From IMG/VR virus record IMGVR_UViG_3300022723_000142, positions 1 through 53,674 of that record: DNA of 53,674 nucleotides; one strand, written 5' to 3'. The notes under the pieces were generated by a model. It saw only the letters and a program-made list of their open reading frames with translations. It was not told the origin of the DNA and did not search any database. The DNA is from a virus. Below are positions 1 to 7,803 of this stretch, one piece after another. The translations under genes were made by a program, and so were the position numbers. How positions within the stretch are numbered: position 1 is the first letter of the stretch; the number at the start of each line of letters is the position of its first letter.

Positions 1-127
1 GTATTATGCTACAATACATTTTAGTTACGAGAAACATTAGTGTAGGTAAACAACAATGGCTAAAGTCAATCTGACTAAGACATTGAGCGCTATCAAAGGA
101 CAGCTCTCAAACAGCGACAAAGACAAC
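1..127. repeat. Terminal direct repeat, left copy (identical to 53548..53674)
   Basis: Bases 1-127 recur exactly as the last 127 bases. The copy carries part of a promoter-like palindrome and the first 24 codons of ORF 56..1222. Confidence 0.95.
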
Positions 128-1222
128 GTTAAGCGCCTCATCCCGGATGTTGGTGCTGTCACTGACGCCACTTTCGCGGCGGTGCTAACTCCTGAAATTC
201 AGGGGCATCTTAAGACGCTGGCAAAAAAGATGGGCGTCAGGTACCAGGGGAAAACTCTGGACATATGGGAAGGAGAAACGTCTTTCGGTTGCCGATTGCC
301 TTCTATCTATAGCGACGGGAAGCGACCCGTCATTAACTGGGCTGGACAAGTAGTTGAGCTGACTGGGGACGTGCAAGGCACTTTTATCGGTAATGAGCTA
401 CGTATCGATAATGCGAAAGCTTCGCTACGTATCCCGGTAATTCTGGAATGGGAAAACGACGCCGAAAAAGACGAGGTAGAAAGCACGCTCCTCGACCTGG
501 AAACTTGGGAAGAGGTTGTATCTATCCTTCGTATCCGGGCTGAATGGCTCAAACGTGAGAAGCTGTTTGCGGGAGAGATTGAAACCATCACCGTCATTGA
601 TGCCAAGCTCACCGAAGGCCCAACCGGAGAATACTGGTCTATTACGGGAGATTCCGGCGATCGCGTGTTTAAGTTCTCCATGCCCGATAAGGCATCCCCT
701 AAAGTTGGGGACGTGGTGACGGTTGACGCCGAAGCTAAAACTCTAACCTTAAACGGTGAAGTGTTTGAGAGCATTCACTTCGTAAAACTCACCGAGCTAG
801 AGGTGGGAAAAACCTATCAGGCTGTACAACTCAAGGAAAAGACAGGCGACTATCCCGGCTGGACGTTGATGGTTCCCGGTGTGGGTTTGGTGGATGCCAA
901 TAGCCAGATCAAGCGCTGGATTGAGAACACAGGCATTCACCCCGACCAGGTTTCCAAAGAGCACCCCATTCAGATGAAGGTGGTAGATATAAAGAAGGGC
1001 GGCAACGGGAAAATGATGGCGAAATTGACCATTGATTTACTTAACGATTCTGTAGGGCTAGCCGCTTTGCTAGGCACGGCACCCGCTGCCAAGGGTAAGA
1101 TAGAGGAACCCGATTCTTCAGAAGATGAAGGTGAATACGAAGAAGAGGAAACCGCAACGCCTCCACTTTTCGAGGGTGCTAATACTGAGGACAGCGAAAG
1201 CAATGACGACGACTGGATTTAA
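56..1222 (+). CDS. Hypothetical early protein with acidic C-terminal tail; candidate ssDNA-binding/recombination protein
   Basis: 388-aa ORF and first gene of the replication block. The last ~45 aa are E/D-rich and end in DDDWI, resembling SSB-type acidic tails (e.g. T7 gp2.5). No catalytic motif seen. Confidence 0.35.
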   Translation: MAKVNLTKTLSAIKGQLSNSDKDNVKRLIPDVGAVTDATFAAVLTPEIQGHLKTLAKKMGVRYQGKTLDIWEGETSFGCRLPSIYSDGKRPVINWAGQVVELTGDVQGTFIGNELRIDNAKASLRIPVILEWENDAEKDEVESTLLDLETWEEVVSILRIRAEWLKREKLFAGEIETITVIDAKLTEGPTGEYWSITGDSGDRVFKFSMPDKASPKVGDVVTVDAEAKTLTLNGEVFESIHFVKLTELEVGKTYQAVQLKEKTGDYPGWTLMVPGVGLVDANSQIKRWIENTGIHPDQVSKEHPIQMKVVDIKKGGNGKMMAKLTIDLLNDSVGLAALLGTAPAAKGKIEEPDSSEDEGEYEEEETATPPLFEGANTEDSESNDDDWI

Positions 1223-1240
1223 GCCCACAGCATAGACAGA

Positions 1241-1278
1241 ACCCCGCAGTTAGTAGGAAATTAGCTGCGGGGTTTTTG
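1241..1278 (+). terminator. Rho-independent terminator
   Basis: Stem ACCCCGCAG (1241-1249) pairs with CTGCGGGGT (1265-1273), followed by a T run at 1273-1277, directly after the stop at 1222. Confidence 0.7.
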
Positions 1279-1301
1279 AATCATTAGGTAGGTGTAAATA
1301 A

Positions 1302-3998
1302 ATGGTAGCACATTTTAATTTTGATAACCTCAAATCATTTGTCGGCAGCGAGAGGTTTACCGAACAGGGCAGCATTGAAAATCAGAAAGTTTGGGCACGG
1401 GTGAGGGCGTCACTACTTAAACAATTTCCTAGGTTGAAACTCTCTCAAAACTGGGAAATCGATATAGAAACCTGGCAGAAATTCAGAAAGCTTGCGCCTG
1501 AAAATATAGACAACAATACGCTCAGGAATGTGCTGATTGTTCAGGGATACATTAGCCTGAAGCCTGCTCAAATTAAGAGCAATTGGAAAGATGACTTATA
1601 TGTTCCTGGCAATGGCCAGGGGTGGAGTCACATTCGAGTCATGTTTTACCGTGGCATTTTTGGCGATTGGCAAGAGTATGGTGACGGTCAGCCGTTCGCA
1701 CGGGTAAGAATACCAACCGCAGAAATAAAGGACGGTGGGCCTAAATATTTATCGCCTAAAAATAGCGGTGGGAACCAAATATTTTGGCCCTACAAACTGG
1801 GCCGATTTGCGGGTAAGTGTGAGCCCTGCAAAGTTTTTCAATCAAGCTCGGATGGTGATGATTTAGCCTATGCCTTCAAGGGATCATGGTTGCTTACTGA
1901 GGGTGAGGATAAAGCGGTCATCAGCAATCTTTGGGGATATCCCTGTATCGCCATTGGGGGCGTTGAGATGTGGAAGGCGAGTAAAAAAGGACCAATTAAC
2001 CCCTGGCTGATGTCCTTCGCCATGAATGCCGATAAGTTAACTGTCATCTATGATAGCGATGCCTTCCACAAGCCGGGCGTCGTGTCGGCGCAGTCGCGCC
2101 TCTGTCGAGAGATGTTCAACCATCTGGCCGAACTCGCCAAAATCTCAGACGGCAACGGCGACGCTGAGGGCTACTGTGAGGAGGTTTGGGGCCAGTGTAA
2201 AGTTGATGGCCTGGATAAATATGGAGCGGATATCGCTAGGGTCCACATCGCCTATGGGTACTTGCCGCCCAATCCTTACAGTAAAGGCTTAGACGATATT
2301 CTGGCGGTTCATCAGGGCGGCTGGCTTGCTACGATTTTGAGAGAGTCCCCACGGGCGTTTGAGATATCCGTGCAAGAACCGGACGACAGCAAGGATAAAG
2401 AGAACAAGATCAAAGCAAAATGGCTATTCACAGAACCTCGAAAGTTTGGGCTGACTAACTCAAAACTCAGCCCCGTGCAGAACAACTGTGTGAGCCTCAT
2501 TCGCGGGGCACTTTCGGCAGGCTGGCTCCAGCTCAACCACTGGCGGCCCGTGGGACAACGGCAGAGTGCCATGACCTATGCTTGGGAACGCACACAGCAA
2601 ATATGGCAGCTCTCCCCTTCTAAGAACGCCGCCAACTACGCGCTAAGGCAATGGTCTGAATTGTCCCCAGGGCGCAGCGCCATGGATGGGGTATCAGGTT
2701 TCGTCGATGCGGAAATGACCTGCTTTGAACACATCTCACCTAATGTTGGCAGCAATGGCCACCGGTTTATGGGGGTAGAGGGCGGCGACTTTGATGTCAA
2801 ATTGGGGCAATTGTTACCGATTCAGCCGAACCATCATTGCTTTAGCCGCATCGATATTAAGCCATTTGAGGGGCGACCTGATAAGTTTATGGACTTCTAC
2901 GCCCAACGGATGACAGGCGGCGAAGTTGACATGGAACGGTTTATGAGCTTTCTATCCATCTGCATTCGTGACCCTGGAAAAGTACATGTGTTGGGCTGGA
3001 TAACCGGGAAAGCGGGCACCGGCAAAAGTACGCTGATGAAGCTAGTCGCTAAAATTTTAGACGGCTGGGTGATGCCCGAAGATTTGAGAAACGTGTTTGA
3101 TTCCAACAACGCCAACAAAGGCTACTTGCCTTTGCACCTACTAGGAAAAATCCTTATATACGACGACGACTGGAAAGGGCTTCTCAGCACCAGCATGATT
3201 GGACACCTCAACAAAATTGCGACCAATACCGACATGCCCTTTCGCGGGATGAGCAAAGATCCCATCTTGACTAAACCAAACATGGGTGTACTCATGATCA
3301 CTAACGAAGACCTAATAATGAGCGCTGCTGACATTCAAGGGCTTCCCCGACGCATCCAGAAATGGGAATTCAAAGACGACAAATTCACCTCAGACGACTA
3401 CACCTTGGCCGAGTCACTACTCGAAGAAGAGAAAGGGAAAATTCTTTGGTACTTGCTCCACAAAGACCTTGAAGACTGCGCCCAAGAATTACAGGCATTC
3501 ACCGAAGCTGAAGAGGATTCGATAGAGCGTGGCTTTGCCGTTAATCACAGCGCTGAGTGGGTCGAGCGCCTGGAAGTCTGGGCACAGCAAAACCTATTCA
3601 GCCTGCAAGAGGGAAACCACAAAGGGCAAAGTACAGCCAATTATGCCAGCTTGAATGTTGATGGAGGCCCCCACGGACTAAGTCGGCTCAGCAAGGAATC
3701 AAACACCACGGAAGGCAGGCCAGCAGACTGGAACTATCTACCGGAAGTGTTTGGCGTGAAAGTGACCACTACAACGGTGGAAATCTACGCCAACTCCGCC
3801 AACTGGATTAGCGCAATCGCCAACTACGAGCGAGGCGAACACAATCCTAATGCCAGCCACCGTGGAGATAGAACCACCCTCAAGGCGCTTAAGAGCTTTA
3901 TCGACACCCAAAATCAAATCGGACTCAACCACCGCGCTAAGGCTCAATTCAACGGCGACAGAATAAGCGGCTGGAGCATTGAGTTTAGGAAAACCTAA
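1302..3998 (+). CDS. DNA primase/helicase (Toprim-like region plus P4/D5-type P-loop NTPase)
   Basis: 898 aa. Toprim-like 'LLTEGEDKAVISNLWGYPCIAIGGVEMW' and 'VIYDSDAF'. Walker A 'GKAGTGKST' and Walker B 'ILIYDDDW' in the C-terminal half. Confidence 0.6.
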   Translation: MVAHFNFDNLKSFVGSERFTEQGSIENQKVWARVRASLLKQFPRLKLSQNWEIDIETWQKFRKLAPENIDNNTLRNVLIVQGYISLKPAQIKSNWKDDLYVPGNGQGWSHIRVMFYRGIFGDWQEYGDGQPFARVRIPTAEIKDGGPKYLSPKNSGGNQIFWPYKLGRFAGKCEPCKVFQSSSDGDDLAYAFKGSWLLTEGEDKAVISNLWGYPCIAIGGVEMWKASKKGPINPWLMSFAMNADKLTVIYDSDAFHKPGVVSAQSRLCREMFNHLAELAKISDGNGDAEGYCEEVWGQCKVDGLDKYGADIARVHIAYGYLPPNPYSKGLDDILAVHQGGWLATILRESPRAFEISVQEPDDSKDKENKIKAKWLFTEPRKFGLTNSKLSPVQNNCVSLIRGALSAGWLQLNHWRPVGQRQSAMTYAWERTQQIWQLSPSKNAANYALRQWSELSPGRSAMDGVSGFVDAEMTCFEHISPNVGSNGHRFMGVEGGDFDVKLGQLLPIQPNHHCFSRIDIKPFEGRPDKFMDFYAQRMTGGEVDMERFMSFLSICIRDPGKVHVLGWITGKAGTGKSTLMKLVAKILDGWVMPEDLRNVFDSNNANKGYLPLHLLGKILIYDDDWKGLLSTSMIGHLNKIATNTDMPFRGMSKDPILTKPNMGVLMITNEDLIMSAADIQGLPRRIQKWEFKDDKFTSDDYTLAESLLEEEKGKILWYLLHKDLEDCAQELQAFTEAEEDSIERGFAVNHSAEWVERLEVWAQQNLFSLQEGNHKGQSTANYASLNVDGGPHGLSRLSKESNTTEGRPADWNYLPEVFGVKVTTTTVEIYANSANWISAIANYERGEHNPNASHRGDRTTLKALKSFIDTQNQIGLNHRAKAQFNGDRISGWSIEFRKT

Positions 3999-4024
3999 CC
4001 CCCACCCAAAACCAAATACCACAG

Positions 4025-4056
4025 AAAGCCCGCTTAGGTGAGCGGGCTTTTATTTT
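4025..4056 (+). terminator. Rho-independent terminator
   Basis: AAAGCCCGCT (4025-4034) pairs with AGCGGGCTTT (4041-4050), then TTTTATTTT; sits 27 nt after the primase-helicase stop. Confidence 0.8.
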
Positions 4057-4122
4057 AGGTATAAAAACATACATCGTAGCTAAACACCCGTTCACACTCA
4101 CTTACACTACAACTTACACTAC

Positions 4123-4570
4123 CTTCATCTTAGCTTCATATTAAAGCTTTTTCGCCATTTCTGAAAAACACCTAACTGTCACAAGGGGCTTTTATGAAGC
4201 TAAGATGAAGTAAGTATCAAAATATACAGTTTTAGGGGGAGGGTGGCACACTTCTGAGGGGGGGTGGCACACTTCGAAAATAGCAAGTGTGCCACCCCTA
4301 AAGCATTGCTGTGTAAGGATTTTGCTTAGGGTGTCACACATGGCACACTTCTTTCTGATTTAATTTACTAGACAAAATTCTCTATATTAGAGAAAAGGCA
4401 ACTGGCACAGTACTACACGCCATAGGAGATCTACTATGCACGCTCCGACTCAGATGAAGTGTGACACCTGTGCCACCCCTCTAAGAAATGCTTTAGTAGC
4501 AGTAGTTTGAGGGTGGCACACTTGCTATTTTCGAAGTGTGCCACCCCTAAAGTTTTGTGCCACCCGGTAT
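4123..4570. repeat. Non-coding structured module A: TGGCACA-box cluster, two 38-bp hairpin palindromes, AT-rich core; inverted homologue of 24612..25041
   Basis: Boxes GGGTGGCACACTTC at 4241, 4262 and 4511. Inverse boxes at 4285, 4534 and 4557. Composite box 4329-4351 with an imperfect inverse at 4456-4479. Hairpins at 4261-4298 and 4511-4547. 18-bp perfect inverted repeat 4123-4140/4193-4210. 65-bp run 4320-4384 identical to the reverse complement of module B. Confidence 0.9.
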
Positions 4571-4599
4571 TTACGTAGAAAACTCCAGGAGTGGTCAAC

Positions 4600-4630
4600 A
4601 AAAAAACCGCTGATGGGGGAGCATCAGCGG
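4600..4630 (-). terminator. Rho-independent terminator for the 4671..4862 gene
   Basis: CCGCTGATG (4607-4615) pairs with CATCAGCGG (4622-4630). The A run at 4600-4606 gives a U tract on the - strand. Confidence 0.7.
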
Positions 4631-4670
4631 CGCAGTGTGGCTAAGTTAGGCGGCTTGCGGCAAAGTCGAT

Positions 4671-4862
4671 CTATGCGGCGAAGTCGAACAGAGCATCAAG
4701 GTAGGTTCGACTCGCCCGGCGATCACCGCTGCCATTCTGCATTAAGAACAGCGACAATGCCGCTTGGAATGCGCGGTCTTGGCTCCACCCTGGATGTTTA
4801 TCTAGATATTGCTGCATCGATTCGTGGAGTTCGTTGGGAATTTGAACATGTAAACTGATCAT
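4671..4862 (-). CDS. DUF2811-like small protein (family otherwise typical of cyanobacterial genomes)
   Basis: 63 aa. 'IPNELHESMQQYLDKHPGWSQDRAFQAALSLFLMQNG' matches my recollection of the DUF2811 signature (..ELHESL..FL..HP.WDQDR...AALSLFLLQN). Confidence 0.5.
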   Translation of the reverse strand: MISLHVQIPNELHESMQQYLDKHPGWSQDRAFQAALSLFLMQNGSGDRRASRTYLDALFDFAA

Positions 4863-4914
4863 TTTGTTTTCCTGTAGTGAGGTGCTTTCAATCCCTAAGA
4901 GGTAGATGGGATTT

Positions 4915-5133
4915 TTATTGCTTGACTTCTAGCCGATTTGAGAATTGGGGGACTCTCTTGTTGACGGGGATTAACTGAAGCTCCCCTGAAGTGGAATCAA
5001 GGAAGGCTTTATCCCCTACATAGCGTGCCCTTATATGTTCTTTAGGCCTAGGTTTGACGTAATGGACAATCTTCTGAGATTGTCCCCTGATGTTGAACCG
5101 AGCGATCGCTCGGTATAGTTGCTCCGTCATCAC
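4915..5133 (-). CDS. Hypothetical protein
   Basis: 72-aa ORF in a co-oriented three-gene block; no recognisable motif. Confidence 0.5.
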   Translation of the reverse strand: MMTEQLYRAIARFNIRGQSQKIVHYVKPRPKEHIRARYVGDKAFLDSTSGELQLIPVNKRVPQFSNRLEVKQ

Positions 5134-5199
5134 TCAAAACCTCATAAACAACTCAAACAACCCAGGGCAGCGATCGCACTGCCCAGCATCATCGCCAAA

Positions 5200-5544
5200 T
5201 CAAAATAGATCATTGTCGGCAGCCTGAAACCGATCGCCCTGGAACTTCTCGTCCCAAGCGAAGTATCCTCCATCAAGAGGCAGAACACAGTGCGGATATT
5301 CTCCGTGTCGCTGCATCGTCGCTAACTGGGTTTTATAGCCTTTCATGTATCGCTTGCTGTATTGGTACATCGGCGTATCGCCATTGCGAGCATCAGATAC
5401 CCCCTTTCCTTGCAGTGCGTCCATGCGCCAGCCGATGAAATACAAGTCTTTATCGGTCAATTGACTAGAGTATAGTTCAACATCTTCTCCCGCAAAAAAG
5501 TAATCGGGCTGTTGAGCGGCGATTCCAAAAGCTTCGTGTGTCAT
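5200..5544 (-). CDS. Hypothetical protein
   Basis: 114-aa ORF, first gene of the leftward block, divergent from the XRE gene. Confidence 0.55.
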   Translation of the reverse strand: MTHEAFGIAAQQPDYFFAGEDVELYSSQLTDKDLYFIGWRMDALQGKGVSDARNGDTPMYQYSKRYMKGYKTQLATMQRHGEYPHCVLPLDGGYFAWDEKFQGDRFQAADNDLF

Positions 5545-5631
5545 TGGATTACATCCTTGCTGTGTACATCTCCCATTGTTGCCGATGCTGCGAGAGGTGT
5601 CAAGCGTGGCCTTACATTTATACGTCAGTGC

Positions 5632-5660
5632 TTGACATTTGTAATCTTGAGCTTTACAGT
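5632..5660 (+). promoter_or_regulatory. Sigma-70-type promoter for the XRE/pentapeptide operon
   Basis: TTGACA (5632-5637), 17-nt spacer, TACAGT (5655-5660). GAGG Shine-Dalgarno at 5675 and ATG at 5685. Confidence 0.55.
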
Positions 5661-5684
5661 GCAGATAGTTAATTGAGGCGGCAG

Positions 5685-5948
5685 ATGAAAGTCATCTACG
5701 AAGTTGAAGTATTAGGTTTGGGAAGCAAAATCCAACAGTGCCGTCGATTGAGCGGGAAGTCTGTAGAAGAACTGGCTGACGCTGTTGGGATTTCTCGGCA
5801 AACCTGGTATGCGATTGAGAATGAGCAGCATTCAGTCCATGTAGATGTTATTCGGCAGATTGAAGCTCAGTTAAGAGAATCGGCGATTGCCCTAAGCATT
5901 TTGCCGTTGTTTGGTGTTGACATTAAGGAGAGCAGTCGTGACGTTTAA
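5685..5948 (+). CDS. XRE-family helix-turn-helix transcriptional regulator
   Basis: 'RRLSGKSVEELADAVGISRQTWYAIENEQHSVHVDVIRQIEAQL' is a typical Cro/CI-type HTH. The ORF track begins at TTG 5673; the ATG at 5685 has the better SD. Confidence 0.7.
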   Translation: MKVIYEVEVLGLGSKIQQCRRLSGKSVEELADAVGISRQTWYAIENEQHSVHVDVIRQIEAQLRESAIALSILPLFGVDIKESSRDV

Positions 5949-5987
5949 ATCAATCCCGCCGCCAAAGTCTCAGGAGAGCGAGCGCTG

Positions 5988-6707
5988 ATGTCCTTATACA
6001 CCGAAACCGACGGGCGGCTCATCATCCCCCCGCCGTCGCACATCTCATACACAAGCTGGCCAAGACGGGAATTTGTTAGTCGAACTGGCCAGTCTTGCTG
6101 GGAGGGTTTAGCGGATTATGTCGACAGCCTCAAAGTCAAGCTGTCGGTCACTCAGCGGCGTTTTGAATACCTTCGTGACCATCCCAACCAAACGCAGGAG
6201 AACAAAAAGGCTCAGGCGCGTTTTCTAAAAGAGCGAACCCATCTAGCCATGTGCCTGGATCATTATGAGCTGGTGCTGAGTAAGCAGACTAAGCGGTCTA
6301 GCGACTTAGCGCTAAAACATGCAGCCACTGCCGCTACGATGGCCAGAGAGAACAGAGAGTACATCTCGGAGCATTATAAAGCGATAAAAAAGTTCGATAA
6401 ATGTCGGGGGCACATCAAGGCCAACCGCGAAGCAATCTCTCGCAATCAGTTGGCCATTCGAGGGTTCATAGACAACGCTCACCGGCAATCCGCGATCGCT
6501 CACCAGGTAGAACAGAATTCTGATGCGATTGTGAGCTACGCAAAAACTTTGCAGGGAGTTCAGCGCAATGTGGCTGAGTTAAAGCAGTTGCTCAACGCGC
6601 GACCAGTTCAAAAGGTGAAGCCGCCCCCGCCCCGTGAAGAACCGTGGAACGCATCAGGGTATCGACCGCCTGATTTGGCGGGAACGTACATATTAGATAG
6701 AGAGTGA
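5988..6707 (+). CDS. Hypothetical, predicted coiled-coil protein
   Basis: 239-aa ORF. Overlaps the next gene's start by 4 nt, suggesting translational coupling. Confidence 0.6.
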   Translation: MSLYTETDGRLIIPPPSHISYTSWPRREFVSRTGQSCWEGLADYVDSLKVKLSVTQRRFEYLRDHPNQTQENKKAQARFLKERTHLAMCLDHYELVLSKQTKRSSDLALKHAATAATMARENREYISEHYKAIKKFDKCRGHIKANREAISRNQLAIRGFIDNAHRQSAIAHQVEQNSDAIVSYAKTLQGVQRNVAELKQLLNARPVQKVKPPPPREEPWNASGYRPPDLAGTYILDRE

Positions 6708-7288
6708 TCATGGAAGTAAGTGAATTAATTGAAAAATATCAGGCTGGGGAACGTGACTTCAGCTGGGCAGACCTCTGCGGGGCAAACCTCAGCCGGGCAA
6801 GCCTCTGCGGGGCAAACCTCAGCTGGGCAAACCTCTGCAGCGCAAGACTCAGCCGGGCAAACCTCAGCCGGGCAAGACTCAGCCGGGCAAACTTCTGCGG
6901 GGCAGACCTCTGCGGGGCAAACCTCAACGGGACAGACCTCAGCGGGGCAGACCTCTGCGGGGCAGACCTCTGCGGGGCAAACCTCTGCCGGGCAAGCCTC
7001 AGCCGGGCAAACCTCTGCGGGGCAAACCTCTGCGGGGCGCGAGGCAACGGCAGAGAGATTTGCTCTGCACAAATAGGGAAATACGATCTAATTTGGACGG
7101 CTGAAAATCTATGGATCGGCTGTCAGTCTGCACCATTAAATGTTTGGTGGAATCGAACCCCGGAGGACATTGAGCAGATAGAACAAGGCGCAGGCGCGCT
7201 CTGGACAAAACACAGGGACTTTATTTGGCAAATGGTCGACCAATTTCCGGCTACACCCACCAATGGCAAAGCCCCTAAAAAAGCGTGA
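6704..7288 (+). CDS. Pentapeptide-repeat protein
   Basis: About 18 consecutive A(D/N)LXX units ('ADLCGANLSRASLCGANLSWANLCSARLSRANLSRARLSRANFCGADLCGANLNGTDLSGADL...') followed by a ~70-aa non-repeat C-terminus. Confidence 0.85.
   Translation: MIMEVSELIEKYQAGERDFSWADLCGANLSRASLCGANLSWANLCSARLSRANLSRARLSRANFCGADLCGANLNGTDLSGADLCGADLCGANLCRASLSRANLCGANLCGARGNGREICSAQIGKYDLIWTAENLWIGCQSAPLNVWWNRTPEDIEQIEQGAGALWTKHRDFIWQMVDQFPATPTNGKAPKKA
6761..7037 (+). repeat. 15-nt periodic tandem repeat encoding the pentapeptide units
   Basis: Reiterated gcaaacctc(a/t)gc(c/g)gg units. The repeat creates shadow ORFs in three other frames. Confidence 0.9.
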
Positions 7289-7330
7289 TCGTCACTCTGG
7301 TATCGAATTCGGGCACAACAAAAACCTCTT

Positions 7331-7369
7331 CTCATTACTGCAAAAGTGCAACACTTTTGCAGTAATGAG
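7331..7369. terminator. 18-bp perfect hairpin between convergent genes (possible bidirectional terminator)
   Basis: CTCATTACTGCAAAAGTG (7331-7348), loop CAA, CACTTTTGCAGTAATGAG (7352-7369). No U tract on either side. Confidence 0.5.
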
Positions 7370-7420
7370 GCTAGTAGCTAGTGACAAAAGATAGTGACAC
7401 GATTAGCAGCACCCAGAACT

Positions 7421-7468
7421 AAATTGCGGCTATCCCCGTCCTCTATAGGGCGGGGATAGCCGCGATTT
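7421..7468. terminator. Long hairpin immediately downstream of the - strand XRE gene
   Basis: AAATTGCGGCTATCCCCG pairs with CGGGGATAGCCGCGATTT (one mismatch). Ends 4 nt from the stop at 7472. Confidence 0.5.
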
Positions 7469-7471
7469 AGT

Positions 7472-7732
7472 TCATACTCTCCAATACTCCATATCAACAC
7501 CCAATGCTTCACACAATGGCGATAGCATCGTGGCCGGAATGCTGCCTGTAATTTCCCAATAGCTTATAGTTTGCTGCATCACTTTGACTTGCTTTCCAAG
7601 TTCAGACTGGGACAAGCCAGCAACCGCCCTAGCCCCCTTTAGTTTTTGTTTAAGCCGTGATTCTGGTGTGAAACCATTTGGGACGGGACACCATTCATCG
7701 ATATTGCCACTGGGGTTAATGTCTTTTACCAC
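7472..7732 (-). CDS. XRE-family helix-turn-helix transcriptional regulator
   Basis: 'LKGARAVAGLSQSELGKQVKVMQQTISYWEITGSIPATMLSPLCEALGV' is a typical HTH_3 pattern. Divergent from the head operon. Confidence 0.7.
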   Translation of the reverse strand: MVKDINPSGNIDEWCPVPNGFTPESRLKQKLKGARAVAGLSQSELGKQVKVMQQTISYWEITGSIPATMLSPLCEALGVDMEYWRV

Positions 7733-7803
7733 ATTGATATTACGTAATTCAATCCCATTCTAGTTTATTCCGTAGGGTTTGTTTTCATACTGCCTACTCT
7801 TGA

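Noticed and set aside
4241-4547. Sigma-54 promoter reading of TGGCAC..TTGC in the boxes (e.g. TGGCACACTTGCT at 4514).
   Set aside because: The GG-to-GC spacing is 8 nt rather than the required 10. As far as I know, cyanobacteria also lack RpoN. The motif is better treated as a protein-binding box.
4538-4858. 106-aa + strand ORF.
   Set aside because: It begins inside module A, runs through the - strand terminator, and is antisense to the DUF2811-like gene. Its product is R/S-rich low-complexity.
6725-7076. Three ~100-115-aa ORFs (6725..7072 -, 6729..7076 +, 6739..7047 -) over the pentapeptide gene.
   Set aside because: They are products of the 15-nt periodic repeat being open in several frames (SAGQT / AEVCP / RFAPQ reiterations). 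Only the A(D/N)LXX frame continues into a non-repeat domain and is coupled to its neighbours.
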